Positions 1 to 13,815 of a stretch of 64,000 nt of DNA are shown here, piece by piece; position 1 is the first letter of the stretch, and the number at the start of each line of letters is the position of its first letter. The notes under the pieces were generated by a model. That model was not told the DNA's origin. It saw only the letters and a program-made list of their open reading frames with translations, and made no database searches. The translations under genes were made by a program, and so were the position numbers. The DNA comes from Squalus acanthias (taxonomy: Eukaryota): positions 558,001 to 622,000 of the forward strand of contig JASTWF010000036.1 of the NCBI GenBank assembly GCA_030390025.1, given 5' to 3'.

Positions 1-1960
1 CAGGCATTGTCACCCTGCAGCCATGTTTCTGTAATGGCCACAAGAACATATGTAGTTATTTGTGCCATTAACTCGTCTATTTTGTTACGAATGCTACGTG
101 CATTCAGATAGAGAACTTTCAAATATGTTTTGTGACACTTAGTTCCTGCTTTTGCCCTTTTTATTACTTTACCTTTTACTCCATACCTTCTGCCCCTTCC
201 TGACACACTCTGGTTTTTAATTTCCCCACTGCTACCTAAGTCTATGACCGTCTCTGTTGTCATTTTTATTATTTGCTCTCTAGGAACCTCCCCCCCACTA
301 GTTAGTTTAAAGCCCTCTCTACAGCCCTAGTTATATGATCCGCCAGGACTCTAGTCCCAGCACTGGCCAAGTGAAGCCCGTCCCAACGGAACAGCTCCCT
401 CATGCCCCAGTACTGGTGCCAGTGTCCCAGGAAGCCAAACCCATTTCTCCCACACTAGTCTTTGAGCCACTCATTTAACTCTCTAATTTTATTTGTCCTA
501 GCCAAATTCGCTCATGGCTCAGGTAATAATCCAGAGATTAATACCCTTGAGGTTCTGTTTTTTAATTTGACCCCTAGCTGCTCATACTCCTTTAACAGAA
601 CCTGCTTCCTTGTCCTATCTACGCCGTTTGTACCAACATGGACCACGACAACTGGATCCACTCCCTCCCACTGCATCCACTCCCTCCCACTGCAAGTTTT
701 TTTCCAGCCCAGAGGAGACGTCCTTAACCCTGGCACCGGGCAGGCAACACAGCCTACGGGACTCTCGCTCTCGGCTGCAGAGAACTCTATCTATCCCCCT
801 AATAATACTATCCCCTACCACTACAACATTTCTATTTACTCCCCCCTCTTGAATGGCCCCCCGTTCCACGGTGCTGTGGCCAGGTTGCTCATCCTCCCTG
901 CAGTCCCTGCTCCCGTCCCCACAGGGAGTAAGAACCTCGAACTTGTCGGACAAGAGCAAGGGCCGCGGCTCCTCCAACACCACCTCCCGGATCCCCGTAC
1001 CTGCCTCGCTCGTAGTCACACTGTCCTGTCCCTGACCATGGTCTACATCTGAATTCATTAACTTCATAGGTGTGACCACCTCCTAAAACACAAAGTCCAG
1101 GTACTTCTCCCCCTCCCTGATGCGTCAGTGTCTGAAGCTCAGACTCCAGCTCATCAATACGGAGCCGGAGTTCCTGTAGCAGCAGACACTCGTCACAGAC
1201 GTAATCACCGTGAGCCTCAATGGGGTCCACCGGCTCCCACATCTCGCAACAGTAACACATCACCTGCTCCATTCTATGTAATTAATTCCATTTGTTACTG
1301 TTAGTTATGGCCACTCTCTGCCCGATTATAGATGCTGGTATCCCCTCTAATTAATTGGCTTTAAATTAAATCAATCCCTCTAAATTACACCAGTTAAATG
1401 GTTTACCAACAGTCACTCTGCACCAGAAAGGCCTTATTAACTAGAACCCACAGAGTTGAAGTTTAAAAAGAGAGAAATACTCACCAACCAATTCCTTACC
1501 TGCTTTCTGGTGACGTCACACCTCGATTATTTTGACCTCCCTCCCTCCGTCCAAGTTGGGAGACTGGTCCCGCCTTACCTGGTCTCTGGAGCCTTTTCAA
1601 CCCTCTGCCGCCACCTGGCCTCAGGCAGGTCCGCCGCCGCACCAGGAAGCTGACAAAGATGGAAAAAGGAAGGCCCCCTCCCCGAACTCACTCACTCACC
1701 GAACTCCCTCACACCCCAAACTCGCAATTTAGCACTCTATCCCAAGCCTGCACTCCCTGACAAACTGTACGCGAGTCTCCCTTCTTTATACTGCTGAGAT
1801 TTAAGTCAGTGAGCTCTCTGGCAGTTCCAGAACCAGATTCGACCAGTTAATTAATTAATTCCTATCACCTGCTCTCCAGCACAGAGCTTGCTGAGCCCTG
1901 CCCAAGCCTGGAAGAAACTTCAAACTTGAAACAGTAAATTTAATTGCTAATTGCAAGCAC
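1..1960 (-). mobile_element. 5' part of a CR1-type LINE: 5'UTR, frameshifted ORF1 (zinc finger/coiled coil plus SGNH esterase) and start of the ORF2 AP endonuclease
   Basis: ORF 889..1272 has CYCCEMW...VCDECLLLQELRLRIDELESEL; 615..1079 has VVVGDSIIR...CLPGARV; 512..736 has VVVHVGTN; ~135..1 reads LKVLYLNARSIRNK...VAITETWL. Confidence 0.9.
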
Positions 1961-1965
1961 ACAAG

Positions 1966-2697
1966 ATAGACTGAAGGGTAGATGGTTTAAGAGAGAGATA
2001 GATAGACTGAAGGGGAGATGGTTTAAGAGAGAGAGATAGACTGAGATTGGGTCGATTGGGCTTATACTCGCTGGAGTATAGAAGAATGAGAGGAGATCTC
2101 ATTGAAACTTATAAAATTCTAACAGGACTAGACAGACTAGATGCAGGAAGAATGTTCCCGATGGTCGGAGAGTCCAGAACCAGGGGTCACAGTCGAAGGA
2201 TAAGGGGTAAGCCATTTCGGACAGAAATGAGGAGGAATTTCTTCACCCAGAGAGTGGTGAACCTGTGGAATTCTCTGCCACAGAAGGTAGTTGAGGCAAA
2301 GTCATTAAATATATTCAAGAAGGAGTTAGATATATTTCTTAAAGCTAAAGGGATCAAGGGATATGGGGAGAAGGCAGGTACAGGGTACTGAGTTTGGATG
2401 ATCAGCCATGATCTCATCGAATGGCGGAGCAGGCTCAAGGGGCTGAATGGCCTACTCCTGCTCCTATCTTCTATGTTTCTAAGGGTAGATGGTTTGAGAG
2501 AGAGATAGACTGAAGGGTAGATGATTTGAGAGAGAGATAGACTGAAGGGTAGATGGTTTGAGAGAGAGATAGACTGAAGGGTAGATGGTTTGAGAGAGAG
2601 ATAGACTGAAGGGTAGATGGTTTGAGAGAGAGATAGACTGAAGGGTAGATGATTTGAGAGAGATATAGACTGAAGGGTAGATGGTTTGAGAGAGAGA
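1966..2697 (+). repeat. 32-bp minisatellite (AGACTGAAGGGTAGATGGTTTGAGAGAGAGAT) interrupted by a CR1 3' fragment
   Basis: Units at ~1966-2043 and ~2481-2697 on both sides of the LINE fragment. Confidence 0.85.
2044..2480 (+). mobile_element. CR1/HER1 LINE 3' end, 5'-truncated
   Basis: ORF2 C-terminus [22 protein letters not shown]...[17 protein letters not shown], then the 3'UTR and short tail. Confidence 0.92.
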
Positions 2698-3319
2698 CGA
2701 CCGAGGTGTAAGGGATTGCGAAGCCTTGGCTGAAATGCACAGTCCCAGAAGTGCGTATTAGAGGCATGAGGGAAGATGTTGGAAGCTGGAGAGACTGAGG
2801 GAGTCAACGCCAAGGGGTTGGTGCCAGGCTGTCTCGCCCTGTAGTCAGCCGCACAGACCAGGAAGGTCCCAGTCTCGATGTCCGATCTAAGCCAGGCTCG
2901 CTCGGTTAATGCCACAGAGCCTCGCAGAGTTTAATTTCGAGACGCCACAACCAAGAGCTTGGCTGACTGGTGAGAAAATAAACTTGTGACCACATGAAAC
3001 AAACCATTCGAACATTGCAAAATTGGAGTCCGCCGACACAGAGGGGTGAGATCCAGATGTTGACGGCTTCTCGTTTTGAACTGTAAATATGTTAATAATA
3101 TACACAGATATGCATTTTTTAAGAAGTGTTGGAGGGGGAAGAAATTGCAGGGCTGTGGGGGAAAGAGCAGGGGGGAGGGTCGGATGGATCGGAGAGCTCT
3201 TTCAAAGAGGCACGATGGGACGAATGGCCTCCCCCTGTGCTGTGTATCGTTCGACCATTCAACGTTTTTTACGAAAAAAATACCGAAGAAATTGCTGGTA
3301 AAGAATTCTCGGCTAACGT

Positions 3320-4695
3320 TAAGTACTTATTAAGCAGATGGAATTTAACGCAGAGAAGGGCAAAGTGATTACGCTTTGGAAGAATGAAGAGGGGGCAATA
3401 TGAACTAAATGGTGCAGTTTTAAACAGAGAAACCCGGGGGTGTATGTACACAAATCTTTGAAGGTAAAAACATATTGGCTTTATAAGCTGAGTACAAAAG
3501 CTAGTAAGTTACACTAAACCCTTTATAAATCCCTGGTTCGGTCTCAGCTGGGGTATTGTGTTCCAATTCTGGGCACCGCACTATAGGAAGGATGTCAAGG
3601 GCCTTGGAGAGGGAGCAGAGGAGATTTACCAGAACGGTTCCAGGGGATGAGGGACTTCAGTTACATGGAGAGACTGGAGAAGCTGGGGTTGTTCTCCTTA
3701 GAGCAGAGAAGGTTAGGGGGAGATTGACCAGAATGGTTCCAGGGGGTGAGGGACTTCAGTTACATGGAGAGACTGGAGAAGCTGGGGTTGTTCTCCTTAG
3801 AGCAGAGAAGGTTAGGGGGAGATTGACCAGAATGGTACCAGGGGATGAGGGACTTCAGTGATGTGGAGAGACTGGAGAAGCTGGGATTGTTCTCCTTAGA
3901 GCAGAGAAGGTTAAGGGGGAGATTGACCAGAATGGTTCCAGGGGGTGAGGGACTTCAGTTACATGGAGAGACTGGAGAAGCTGGGGTTGTTCTCCTTAGA
4001 GCAGAGAAGGTTAGGGGGAGATTGACCAGAATGGTACCAGGGGATGAGGGACTTCAGTTATGCGGAGAGACTGGAGAAGCTGGGGTTGTTCTCCTTAGAG
4101 CAGAGAAGGTTAAGGAGAGATTTACCAGAATGGTTCCAGGGGATGAGGGACTTCAGTTATGCGGAGAGACTGGAGAAGCTGGGGTTGTTCTCCTCAGAGC
4201 AGAGAAGGTTAAGGGGGAGATTGACCAGAATGGTTCCAGGGGATGAGGGACTTCAGTGATGTGGAGAGACTGGAGAAGCTGGGATTGTTCTCCTTAGAGC
4301 AGAGAAGGTTAAGGGGGAGATTTAATCGAGGCGTTCAAAATCTTGAAGGGTTTCGATCGTGTAGAGAGGGAGAAACTGTTTCCAGTGGCAGGAGGGTCGG
4401 TAACCAGAGGACACAGATTGAAGATAATCGGCAAAAGAACCAGAGGGGGAGATGAGGAGTATGTTTGTTTTTTTTACGCAGCGAGTTGTTGTGATCTGGA
4501 ATGCGCTGCCTGAAAGGGCGGTGGGAGCAGATTCAATAGTAACTTTCAAAAGGGGAATTGGATAAATACTTGAAGGGGAAAAATTCACAGGGCTACGGGG
4601 GGAAAGAGCAGGGGGGAGAGTGGGACTAATTGGAGAGCTCGTTCAAAGAGCCGGCACAGGCATGATGGGCCGAATGGCCTCCTCCTGCGCTGTGT
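3320..4695 (+). mobile_element. CR1 LINE 3' fragment with an internal ~99-100 bp tandem amplification (~7 copies, ~3620-4320)
   Basis: Repeated RDFSYxERLEKLGLFSLEQRRLRG segment followed by the CR1 3'UTR. Confidence 0.9.
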
Positions 4696-5274
4696 CAGCC
4701 TATTCAGTCTTATATCCGCTCGGACAGACAAGGCTGCGGGGTAAGTGCCTGGGAGTCGGAGGATCCGGGACCGCACGGTGGCCTGAGGGTTCCAGGGACA
4801 GGGCTTGTCGCCGAGGATCTGGAATCACAGCAGCAAGCAGCAGGAGGCTGGGCGGAAAAGGGAGAGGGGGGGAGCGGGCGGGGAGAGAATGCAGAGTGAC
4901 TGACCGCATGAGTCATTCTCTCCGCTTGTTTATCGCTCGCTGCTGGGGGGAGGGCAGGAGCCGGGGGTGGGGGGGCGGTGGGGGGGGAACAAAGGGGCGC
5001 ATTTTGCATGGGGTACATTTTCCATTCGCTGGGAGGCTATTTTGGTGCATCGCATGCCTCAAGACAATAGCCCTCTGTCCGGCCACTTTCCAAGCCAGTC
5101 TCTAGCGTACTTTTATCAGGCAGATGGAGACACACACAGCTCTGTAATGCACACACAGAAAATAATTATTAAAGACACGAGTGCAGCTGTACGCTTACAG
5201 TTTACAGATTAATGGGTAGCTTTCTGCAAGCCTTTTAATTACTTGCAGCATTCCTCTAGACACGCACGCAGAAT

Positions 5275-8200
5275 AATTCCCTATAATATACACCAGGGCT
5301 GCTATTCCCGAAAATATACACAGGGGCTGCTGTTCACTGTAATATACACAGGGGCTGCTATTCACTAAAATATACACAGGGGCTGCTGTTCACTATAATA
5401 TACACAGGGGCTGCTATTCACTAAAATATACACAGGGGCTGCTGTTCACTATAATATACACAGGGGCTGCTATTCTCTATAATATACACAGAAGCAGCTA
5501 TTCTCCATAATATACACAGGGGCTGCTATTCTCTATAATATACACAGGAGCTGCTGTTCTCTATAATATACACAGGAGCTGCTGTTCTCTATAATATACA
5601 CAGGGGCTGCTATTCTCTATAATATACACAGGGGCTGTTATACTCTATAATATACACAGGGGCTGTTATACTCTATAATATACACAGGGGCTGCTATTCT
5701 CTATAATATACACAGGGGCTGCTATTCCCTATAATATACACAGGGGCTGCTATTCTCTATAATATACACAGGGGCTGCTATTCTCTATAATATACACAGG
5801 GGCTGCTATTCCCTATAATATACACAGGGGCAGCTATTCTCTATAATATACACAGGGGCAGCTATTCTCTATAATATACACAGGGGCTGCTATTCTCTAT
5901 AATATACACGGTGGCTGTTATTCTCTATAATATACACAGGGGCTGCTATTCTCTATAATATACACAGGGGCAGCTATTCTCTATAATATACACGGTGGCT
6001 GTTATTCTCTATAATATACACAGGGGCTGCTATTCTCTATAATATACACGGGGCAGCTATTCTCTATAATATACACGGTGGCTGTTATTCTCTATAATAT
6101 ACACAGGGGCTGCTATTCCCTATAATATACACGGGGCAGCTATTCTCTATAATATACACGGTGGCTGTTATTCTCTATAATATACACGGTGGCTGCTATT
6201 CACTAAAATATACACAGGGGCTGCTGTTCACTATAATATACACAGGGGCTGCTATTCTCTAATATACACCGGGGTTGCTATTCCCTATAATATACACAGG
6301 GGCTGCTATTCCATATAATATACACAGGGACTGCTATTCTCTATAATATACACAGGGGCTGCTATTCTCTATAATATACACAGGGGCTGCTATTCTCTAT
6401 AATATACACAGGAGCTGCTATTGTCTATAATATACACAGGGGCTGCAATTCTCTATAATATACACAGGGGCTGCTATTCCCTATAATATACACAGGGGCT
6501 GCTATTCTCTATAATATACACAGGGGTTGCTATTCTCTATACTATACACAGGGGCTGCTATTCCCTATAATATACACAGGGGCTGCTATTCTCTATAATA
6601 TACACAGGGGCTGCTATTCCCTATAATATACACAGAGGCTGCTATTCTCTATAATATACACAGGGGCTGCTATTCTCTATAATATACACAGGGGCTGCTA
6701 TTCTCTATAATATACACAGGGGCTGCTATTCTCTATAATATACACAGGGGCTGCTATTCTCTATAATATACACAGGGGCTGTTATTCTCTATAATATACA
6801 CAGGGGCAGCTATTCTCTATAATATACACAGGGGTTGCTATTCTCTATAATATACACAGGAGCTGCTATTCTCTATAATATACACAGGGGTTGCTATTCT
6901 CTATAATATACACAGGGGCTGCTATTCTCTATAATATACACGGGGCAGCTATTCTCTATAATATACACGGTGGCTGTTATTCTCTATAATATACACAGGG
7001 GCTGTTATTCTCTATAATATACACAGGGGCAGCTATTCTCTATAATATACACAGGGATTGCTATTCTCTATAATATACACAGGGGCTGCTATTCTCTATA
7101 ATATACACGGGGCAGCTATTCTCTATAATATACATGGTGGCTGTTATTCTCTATAATATACACAGGAGCTGCTATTCTCTATAATATACACAGGGGCTGC
7201 TATTCCCTATAATATACACAGGGGCTGCTATTCCCTATAATATACACAGGGGCTGCTATGCTCTATAATATACACAGGAGCTGCTATTCTCTATAATATA
7301 CACAGGGGCTGTTATTCTCTATAATATACACAGGGGCTGCTATTCCCTATAATATACACAGGGGCTGCTATTCTCTATAATATACACAGGAGCTGCTATT
7401 CTCTATAATATACACAGGAGCTGCTATTCTCTATAATATACACAGGGGCTGTATTTCTCTCTAATATACACAGGGGCTGCTATTCTCTATAATATACACA
7501 GGGGCTGCTATTCTCTATAATATACACAGGGGCAGCTATTCTCTAGATATACACAGGGGCTGCTATTCTCTATAATATACACAGGGGCTGTATTTCTCTC
7601 TAATATACACAGGGGCTGCTATTCCCTATAATATACACAGGGGCTGCTATTCTCTATAATATACACGGGGCAGCTATTCTCTATAATATACATGGTGGCT
7701 GTTATTCTCTATAATATACACAGGGGCTGTATTTCTCTCTAATATACACAGGGGCTGTATTTCTCTCTAATATACACAGGGGCTGCTATTCCCTATAATA
7801 TACACAGGGGCTGCTATTCCCTATAATATACACAGGAGCTGCTATTCTCTATAATATACACAGGGGCTGCTATTCCCTATAATATACACAGGGGCTGCTA
7901 TTCTCTATAATATTCACAGGGGCTGCTATTCTCTATAATATACACAGGGGCTGCTATTCTCTATAATATTCACAGGGGCTGCTATTCTCTATAATATACA
8001 CAGGGGCTGCTGTTCTCTATAATATACACAAGGGCTGCTATTCTCTATAATATACACAGGGGCTGCTATTCTCTATAATATACACAGGGCCTGCTATTCT
8101 CTATAATATACACAGGGGCTGCTATTCTCTATAATATACACAGGGGCTGCTATTCTCTATAATATACACAGGGGCTGCTATTCCCTATAATATACACAGG

Positions 8201-8540
8201 GGCTGCTATTCTCTATAATATACACAGGGGCTGCTATTCTCTATAATATACACAGGGGCTGCTATTCTCTATAATATACACAGGGGCTGCTATTCCCTAT
8301 AATATACACAGGGGCTGCTATTCTCTATAATATACACGGGGGCTGCTATTCACTATAATATACACAGGGGCTGCTATTCTCTATAATATACACAGAGGCT
8401 GCTATTCTCTATAATATACACAGGGGCTGCTATTCTCTATAATATACACAGGGGCTGCTATTCTCTATAATATACACAGGGGCTGCTATTCTCTATAATA
8501 TACACGGGGGCTGCTATTCTCTATAATATACACAGGAGCC
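5275..8540. repeat. 28-bp minisatellite (AATATACACAGGGGCTGCTATTCTCTAT)n
   Basis: Direct tandem periodicity of 28 nt over ~3.3 kb. Confidence 0.97.
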
Positions 8541-8649
8541 TGAGGTCTTCACTCAACTCTTCACCTCGGCCTCAAGTCACCTTCACCTCAATCCTTCTCC
8601 CAGGGTTTAACTGGTCATCTGTGTCTTGACCAATTACTCAGGTTTCAAC

Positions 8650-9904
8650 TCTTCATCCCAGCCTTCACTCTTCACCCGGGGTCTTCACTCTTCACCCGGG
8701 GTCTTCACTCTTCATCCCAGCCTTCACTCTTAACCCCAGTCTTCACTCTTCACCCCAGCCTTCACTCTTAACCCCAGTCTTCACCCTTCACCCCAGTCTT
8801 CACTCTTCACCCCAGTCTTCACCCTTCACCCCAGCCTTCACTCTTAACCGCAGTCTTCACTCTTCACCCCAGTCTTCACCCTTCACCCCAGCCTTCACTC
8901 TTAACCCCAGTCTTTACTCTTCACCCCAGTCTTCACGCTTCATCCCAGCCTTCACTCTTCACCCCAGTCTTCATTCTTCACCCGGGGTCTTCACTCTTCA
9001 CCCGGGGTCTTCACTCTTCACCCGGGGTCTTCACTCTTCACCCCAGTCTTCACTCTTCACCCGGGGTCTTCACTCTTCACCCCAGTCTTCACTCTTCACC
9101 CCAGTCTTCACTCTTCACCCCAGTCTTCACTCTTCACCCGGGGTCTTCACTCTTCACCCCAGTCTTCACTCTTCACCCGGGGTCTTCACTCTTCACCCCA
9201 GTCTTCACTTTTCACCCCAGTCTTCACTCTTCACCCCTGTCTTCACTCCTCACCCGGGGTCTTCACTCTTCACCCGCGGTCTTCACTCTTCACCCCAGTC
9301 TTCACGCTTCACCCGGGGTCTTCACTCATCACCCGGGGTCTTCACTCTTCACCCGGGGTCTTCACTCTTCACCCCGGGTCTTCAGTCTTCACCCCGGGTC
9401 TTCACTCTTCACCCCAGTCTTCACTCTTCACCCCAGTCTTCACTCTTCACCCGGGGTCTTCACTCTTCACCCGGGGTCTTCACTCTTCACCCCAGTCTTC
9501 ACTCTTCACCCGGGGTCTTCACTCTTCACCCCAGTCTTCACTCTTCACCCCAGTCTTCACTCTTCACCCGGGGTCTTCACTCTTCACCCCAGTCTTCACT
9601 CTTCACCCCAGTCTTCACTCTTCACCCGGGGTCTTCACTCTTCACCCCAGTCTTCACTCTTCACCCCAGTCTTCACTCTTCACCCGGGGTCTTCACTCTT
9701 CACCCCAGTCTTCACTCTTCACCCGGGGTCTTCACTCTTCACCCGGGGTCTTCACTCTTCACCCGGGGTCTTCACTCTTCACCCCAGTCTTCACTCTTCA
9801 CCCCAGTCTTCACTCTTCACCCCAGTCTTCACTCTTCACCCCAGTCTTCACTCTTCACCCGGGGTCTTCACTCTTCACCCGGGGTCTTCACTCTTCACCC
9901 CAGT
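8650..9904. repeat. 19/20-bp minisatellite (TCTTCACTCTTCACCCCAG / TCTTCACTCTTCACCCGGGG)
   Basis: Two interspersed unit variants in tandem. Confidence 0.96.
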
Positions 9905-9949
9905 GCTTTTGAAGTGGAGTCACTGTCGTAATGTAGGAAAAAAGCCATT

Positions 9950-10805
9950 CACCAATTCTGGGCACCGCACTGTAGGAAGGATGTGATGGCTTTGGAGAGG
10001 GTGCAGAGGAGATTTACTGGAATGGTTCCAGGGGGATGAGGGATTGCTGTTGGCGTGGAGAGACTGGAGAAGCTGGGGCTGTTCTCCTTAGAGCAGAGAA
10101 GGCTAAGAGGAGATTTGATAGAGGCGTTCAAAATCACGAAGGGTTTAGACGGAGTAAATCAAGAGAAACCGTTTCCATTGGCTGAAGGGCCGATAACCAG
10201 AAGACACAGATTTAAGGCGACCTGGTGAGACCACACCTTGTGTATTGTGTGCAGTTTTGGTCACCTTATCTGAGGAAGGATGTTCTTGCCATGGAGAGAG
10301 TGCAGCAAAGATTCACCAGACTGATACCTGGGATGGCAGGAATGACGTATGAGGAGAGATTGGGTCGATTGGGCTTGTATTCGCTCGAGTTTAGAAGAAT
10401 GAGAGGGGATCTCATTGAAACTTATAAAATTCTAACAGGACTAGACAGACTAGATGCAGGAAGGATGTTCCCGATGGCCGGGGAGTCCAGAACCAGGGGT
10501 CACAGTCTAAGGATAAGGGGTAAGCCATTTAGGACTGAGATGAGGAGGAATTTCTTCACCCAGAGAGTGGTGACCCTGTGGAATTCTCTACCACAGAAGG
10601 TAGTTGAGGCCAAGTCATTAAATATATTCAAGAATGAGTTAGATATATTTCTTAAGGCAAAGGTATCAAGGGATATGGGGAGAAAGCAGGTACAGGGCAC
10701 TGAATTTGGATGATCAGCCATGATCTCATTGAATGGCGGAGCAGGCTCGAGGGGCCAAATGGCCTACTCCTGCTCCTATCTTCTACGTTTCTATGTTTCT
10801 ATGAG
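9950..10805 (+). mobile_element. Two abutting CR1 3' fragments (junction ~10222)
   Basis: QFWAPH...LEKLGLFSLE segment, then ORF 10225..10713 (RPHLVYCVQFWSPYL...) with 3'UTR and (TTTCTATG)n tail. Confidence 0.9.
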
Positions 10806-11254
10806 TCTTCACCAAGTCCTCGGCGTTGGCACTTCACCCAGCCTCCACCGCTGAAATATTTTGCAAGTCTGCCTGTGTGTGTGTGAGGGTTCACGATGTG
10901 TTTCTGGGTACTGAGAGATGTCTTAAAATAGCTCAGCACACATTAGGCTGCAAGAAATCTATGTATCTAGCTGGATATCTTCATCATCACCAAAGCACAT
11001 AACCACACTCTTGATTAATGGAGATTTTATTTCTTCTACCCCGACCACTGTCAGGGTTTTATTTACTGGCCCCAATAGGCTGACGAGTTAAAATGCTCGG
11101 TGCACGTTGATATCAGTCTCCGAGATCAGCCTTTCATTATCTGCTGTCTGACATACCTGCGCAAGATTGTCCCCTCTTGTGACTGTGCTGAACATGAGAT
11201 TCAAGCGCTCCCAGGCTCCAAATAAACCCCCTCTCTCACACTCATGGACAGAAA

Positions 11255-11957
11255 GAAAGAAAAGAAAGACAGACTCGCATTTCTCCCGCGCCTTTCACGA
11301 CCTCCGGACGTCGCAAAGCGCTTGACAGCCAATAACTGTTGTAATGTTGGAAACGTGGCAGCCAATCTGCACGCAGCAAGGTCCCACAAACAGCCATTTG
11401 ATAAATAACTGGATGATCTGTCTTTGGCGATGTTGGTTGCGGGATTAATATTGGCCCCAGGACTCCCCTGGTCTGCATGAGAGGGCAGATGGGACGTCGG
11501 TTTAACGTCTCATCCAAAAGACGGCACCTCCGACAGTACGGCGCTCCCTCAGTACTGCCCCTCCGACAGTGCGGCGCTCCCTCAGTACCGCCCCTCCGAC
11601 AGTGCGGCGCTCCCTCAGTACCGCCCCTCCGACAGTGCGGCGCTCCCTCAGTACCGCCCCTCCGACAGTGCGGCGCTCCCTCAGTACTGCCCCTCCGACA
11701 GTGCGGCGCTCCCTCAGTACCGCCCCTCCGACAGTGTGGCGCTCCCTCAGTACCGCCCCTCCGACAGCGTGGCGCTCCCTCAGTACCGCCCCTCCGACAG
11801 TGCGGCGCTCCCTCAGTACCGCCCCTCCGACAGTGCGGCGCTCCCTCAGTACCGCCCCTCCGACAGTGCGCCGCTCCCTCAGTACTGCCCCTCCCACAGT
11901 GCGGCGCTCCCTCAGCACTGCCCCTCCTACAGTGCGGCGCTCCCTCAGTACCGCCCA
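11255..11957 (-). mobile_element. Deu-domain SINE (SacSINE1/DeuSINE-like) with expanded internal 33-bp array
   Basis: Deu-domain core and tail sequence plus tandem CCCCTCCGACAGTGCGGCGCTCCCTCAGTAC(C/T)G. Confidence 0.85.
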
Positions 11958-12399
11958 CACACACAAGCACACACACATTCGTGCACTCACATGCACACAA
12001 GCACGTACGCACACAAACCATTCTACTGAGACCTCTGACTCTCACCCGACACGCACACACACATTTACGCGCACGTATTTGCTCAAATGCTCTGACCACC
12101 CTCATCGATCGCGAACTGGAGATTATCTGGTCTGGCTGATCGACAGATCAGATTGGCTGTGCGTTGAAATTGTTGCCTGTAGATTTGAACGGGACTGTTC
12201 TGATATGGGGACGGGGTGGTGCCGGGGGGGGAGGAGGGTGGAAATTGGCAGATTTACACCGTAACTTTCAATACAGAAAAGCAGACGGGTTCAAAGGACA
12301 GGGTGCGGGAATAGAGAGACCTCGGGGTTTGCGTACAAGTTGAGAAGGCTGTTAAAAATATTAGGAAATATTTGGACAGGTAACCTAAAGCTTGGTCAA

Positions 12400-13331
12400 A
12401 CCCGTGCTGTACCTGTCCTGGGACTGTTTGATGGGACAGTGTAGAGGGAGCATTACTCTGTATCTAACCCGTGCTGTACCTGCCCTGGGAGTGTTTGATG
12501 GGACAGTGCAGAGGGAGCTTTACTCTGTATCTAACCCCTGCTGTACCTGCCCTGGGAGTGTTTGATGGGACAGTGTAGAATGAGCTTTACTCTGTATCTA
12601 ACCCCGTGCTGTACCTGCCCTGGGAGTGTTTGATGGGACAGTGCAGAGGGATCTTTACTTGGTATCTAACCCCGTGCTGTACCTGCCCTGGGAGTGTTTG
12701 ATGGGACAGTGTAGAGGGAGCTTTACTCTGTATCTAACCCGTGCTGTACCTGCCCTGGGAGTGTTTGATGGGACAGTGTAGAGGGAGCTTTACTCGGTAT
12801 CTAACCCCGTGCTGTACCTGCCCTGGGAGTGTTTGATGGGACAGTGTAGAGGGAGCTTTACTCTGTATCTAACCCGTGCTGTACCTGCCCTGGGAGTGTT
12901 TGATGGGACAGTGTAGAGGGAACTTTACTCTGTATCTAACTCCTTCCTGTACCTGCCCTGGGTGTGTTTGATGGGACAGTGTAGAGGGAGCTTTACTCTG
13001 TATCTAACCCCGTGCTGTACCTGCCCTGGGAGTGTTTGATGGGACAGTGTAGAGGGAACTTTACTCTGTATCTAACCCCGTGCTGTACCTGCCCTGGGAG
13101 TGTTTGATGGGACAGTGTAGAGGGAACTTTACTCTGTATCTAACTCCTTCCTGTACCTGCCCTGGGTGTGTTTGATGGGACAGTGTAGAGGGAGCTTTAC
13201 TCTGTATCTAACCCCGTGCTGTACCTGCCCTGGGAGTGTTTGATGGGACAGTGTAGAGGGAGCTTTACTCTGTATCTAACCCGTGCTGTACCTGCCCTGG
13301 GAGTGTTTGATGGGGACAGTGTAGAGGGAGG
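12400..13331. repeat. 67-68-bp minisatellite (CTTTACTCTGTATCTAACCCCGTGCTGTACCTGCCCTGGGAGTGTTTGATGGGACAGTGTAGAGGGAG)
   Basis: Tandem periodicity; the same family occurs at 39950-40687, 46355-46760 and 55640-56382. Confidence 0.96.
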
Positions 13332-13815
13332 TTGACCAGAATGGTTCCTGGCGATGAGGGATCTCAGTTACGCGGAGAGACTGGAGAAGCTGGGATTGTT
13401 CTCTTTCGAGCAAAGAAGGTTAAGGGGAAGATTTAATTGAGGCGTTCAAAATTACGAGGGGTTTTGATCGAGTAGGGAGGGAGAAACTGTCTCCAGTGGC
13501 AGGAGGGCCGGTAACCAGAGGACACAGATTGAAGATAATCGGCAAAAGAACCAGAGGGGGAGATGAGGGGAAATATTTTTTACGCAGCGAGTTGTTGTGA
13601 TCTGGAACGCGCTGCCTGAAAGGGCGGTGGGAGCAGAATCAATCGTAACTTTCAAAAGGGGAATTGGATAAATACTTGAAGGGGAAAAATTCACAGGGCT
13701 ACGGGGAAAGAGCAGGGGGGAGAGTGGGACTAATTGGAGAGCTCGTTCAAAGAGCCGGCACAGGCACGATGGGCCGAATGGCCTCCTTCGGTACTGCATT
13801 ATTCTATGATTCAAT
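13332..13815 (+). mobile_element. CR1 3' fragment
   Basis: Near-identical to 4230-4690 and 17020-17455. Confidence 0.88.

Noticed and set aside
2698..2735. RPRCK peptide resembling the ZEB N-terminus
   Set aside because: No upstream ATG context, no RRKQANP, an in-frame stop follows, and it abuts a minisatellite.
5275..8540. CTCF-like match in the 28-bp unit (CACAGGGGCTGCTA)
   Set aside because: It lacks the CC start and the GGC core spacing, so it is far weaker than the 27-bp array.
5275..9904. Regular arrays as possible CRISPR loci
   Set aside because: Head-to-tail repeats with no unique spacers and no cas genes, in vertebrate DNA.
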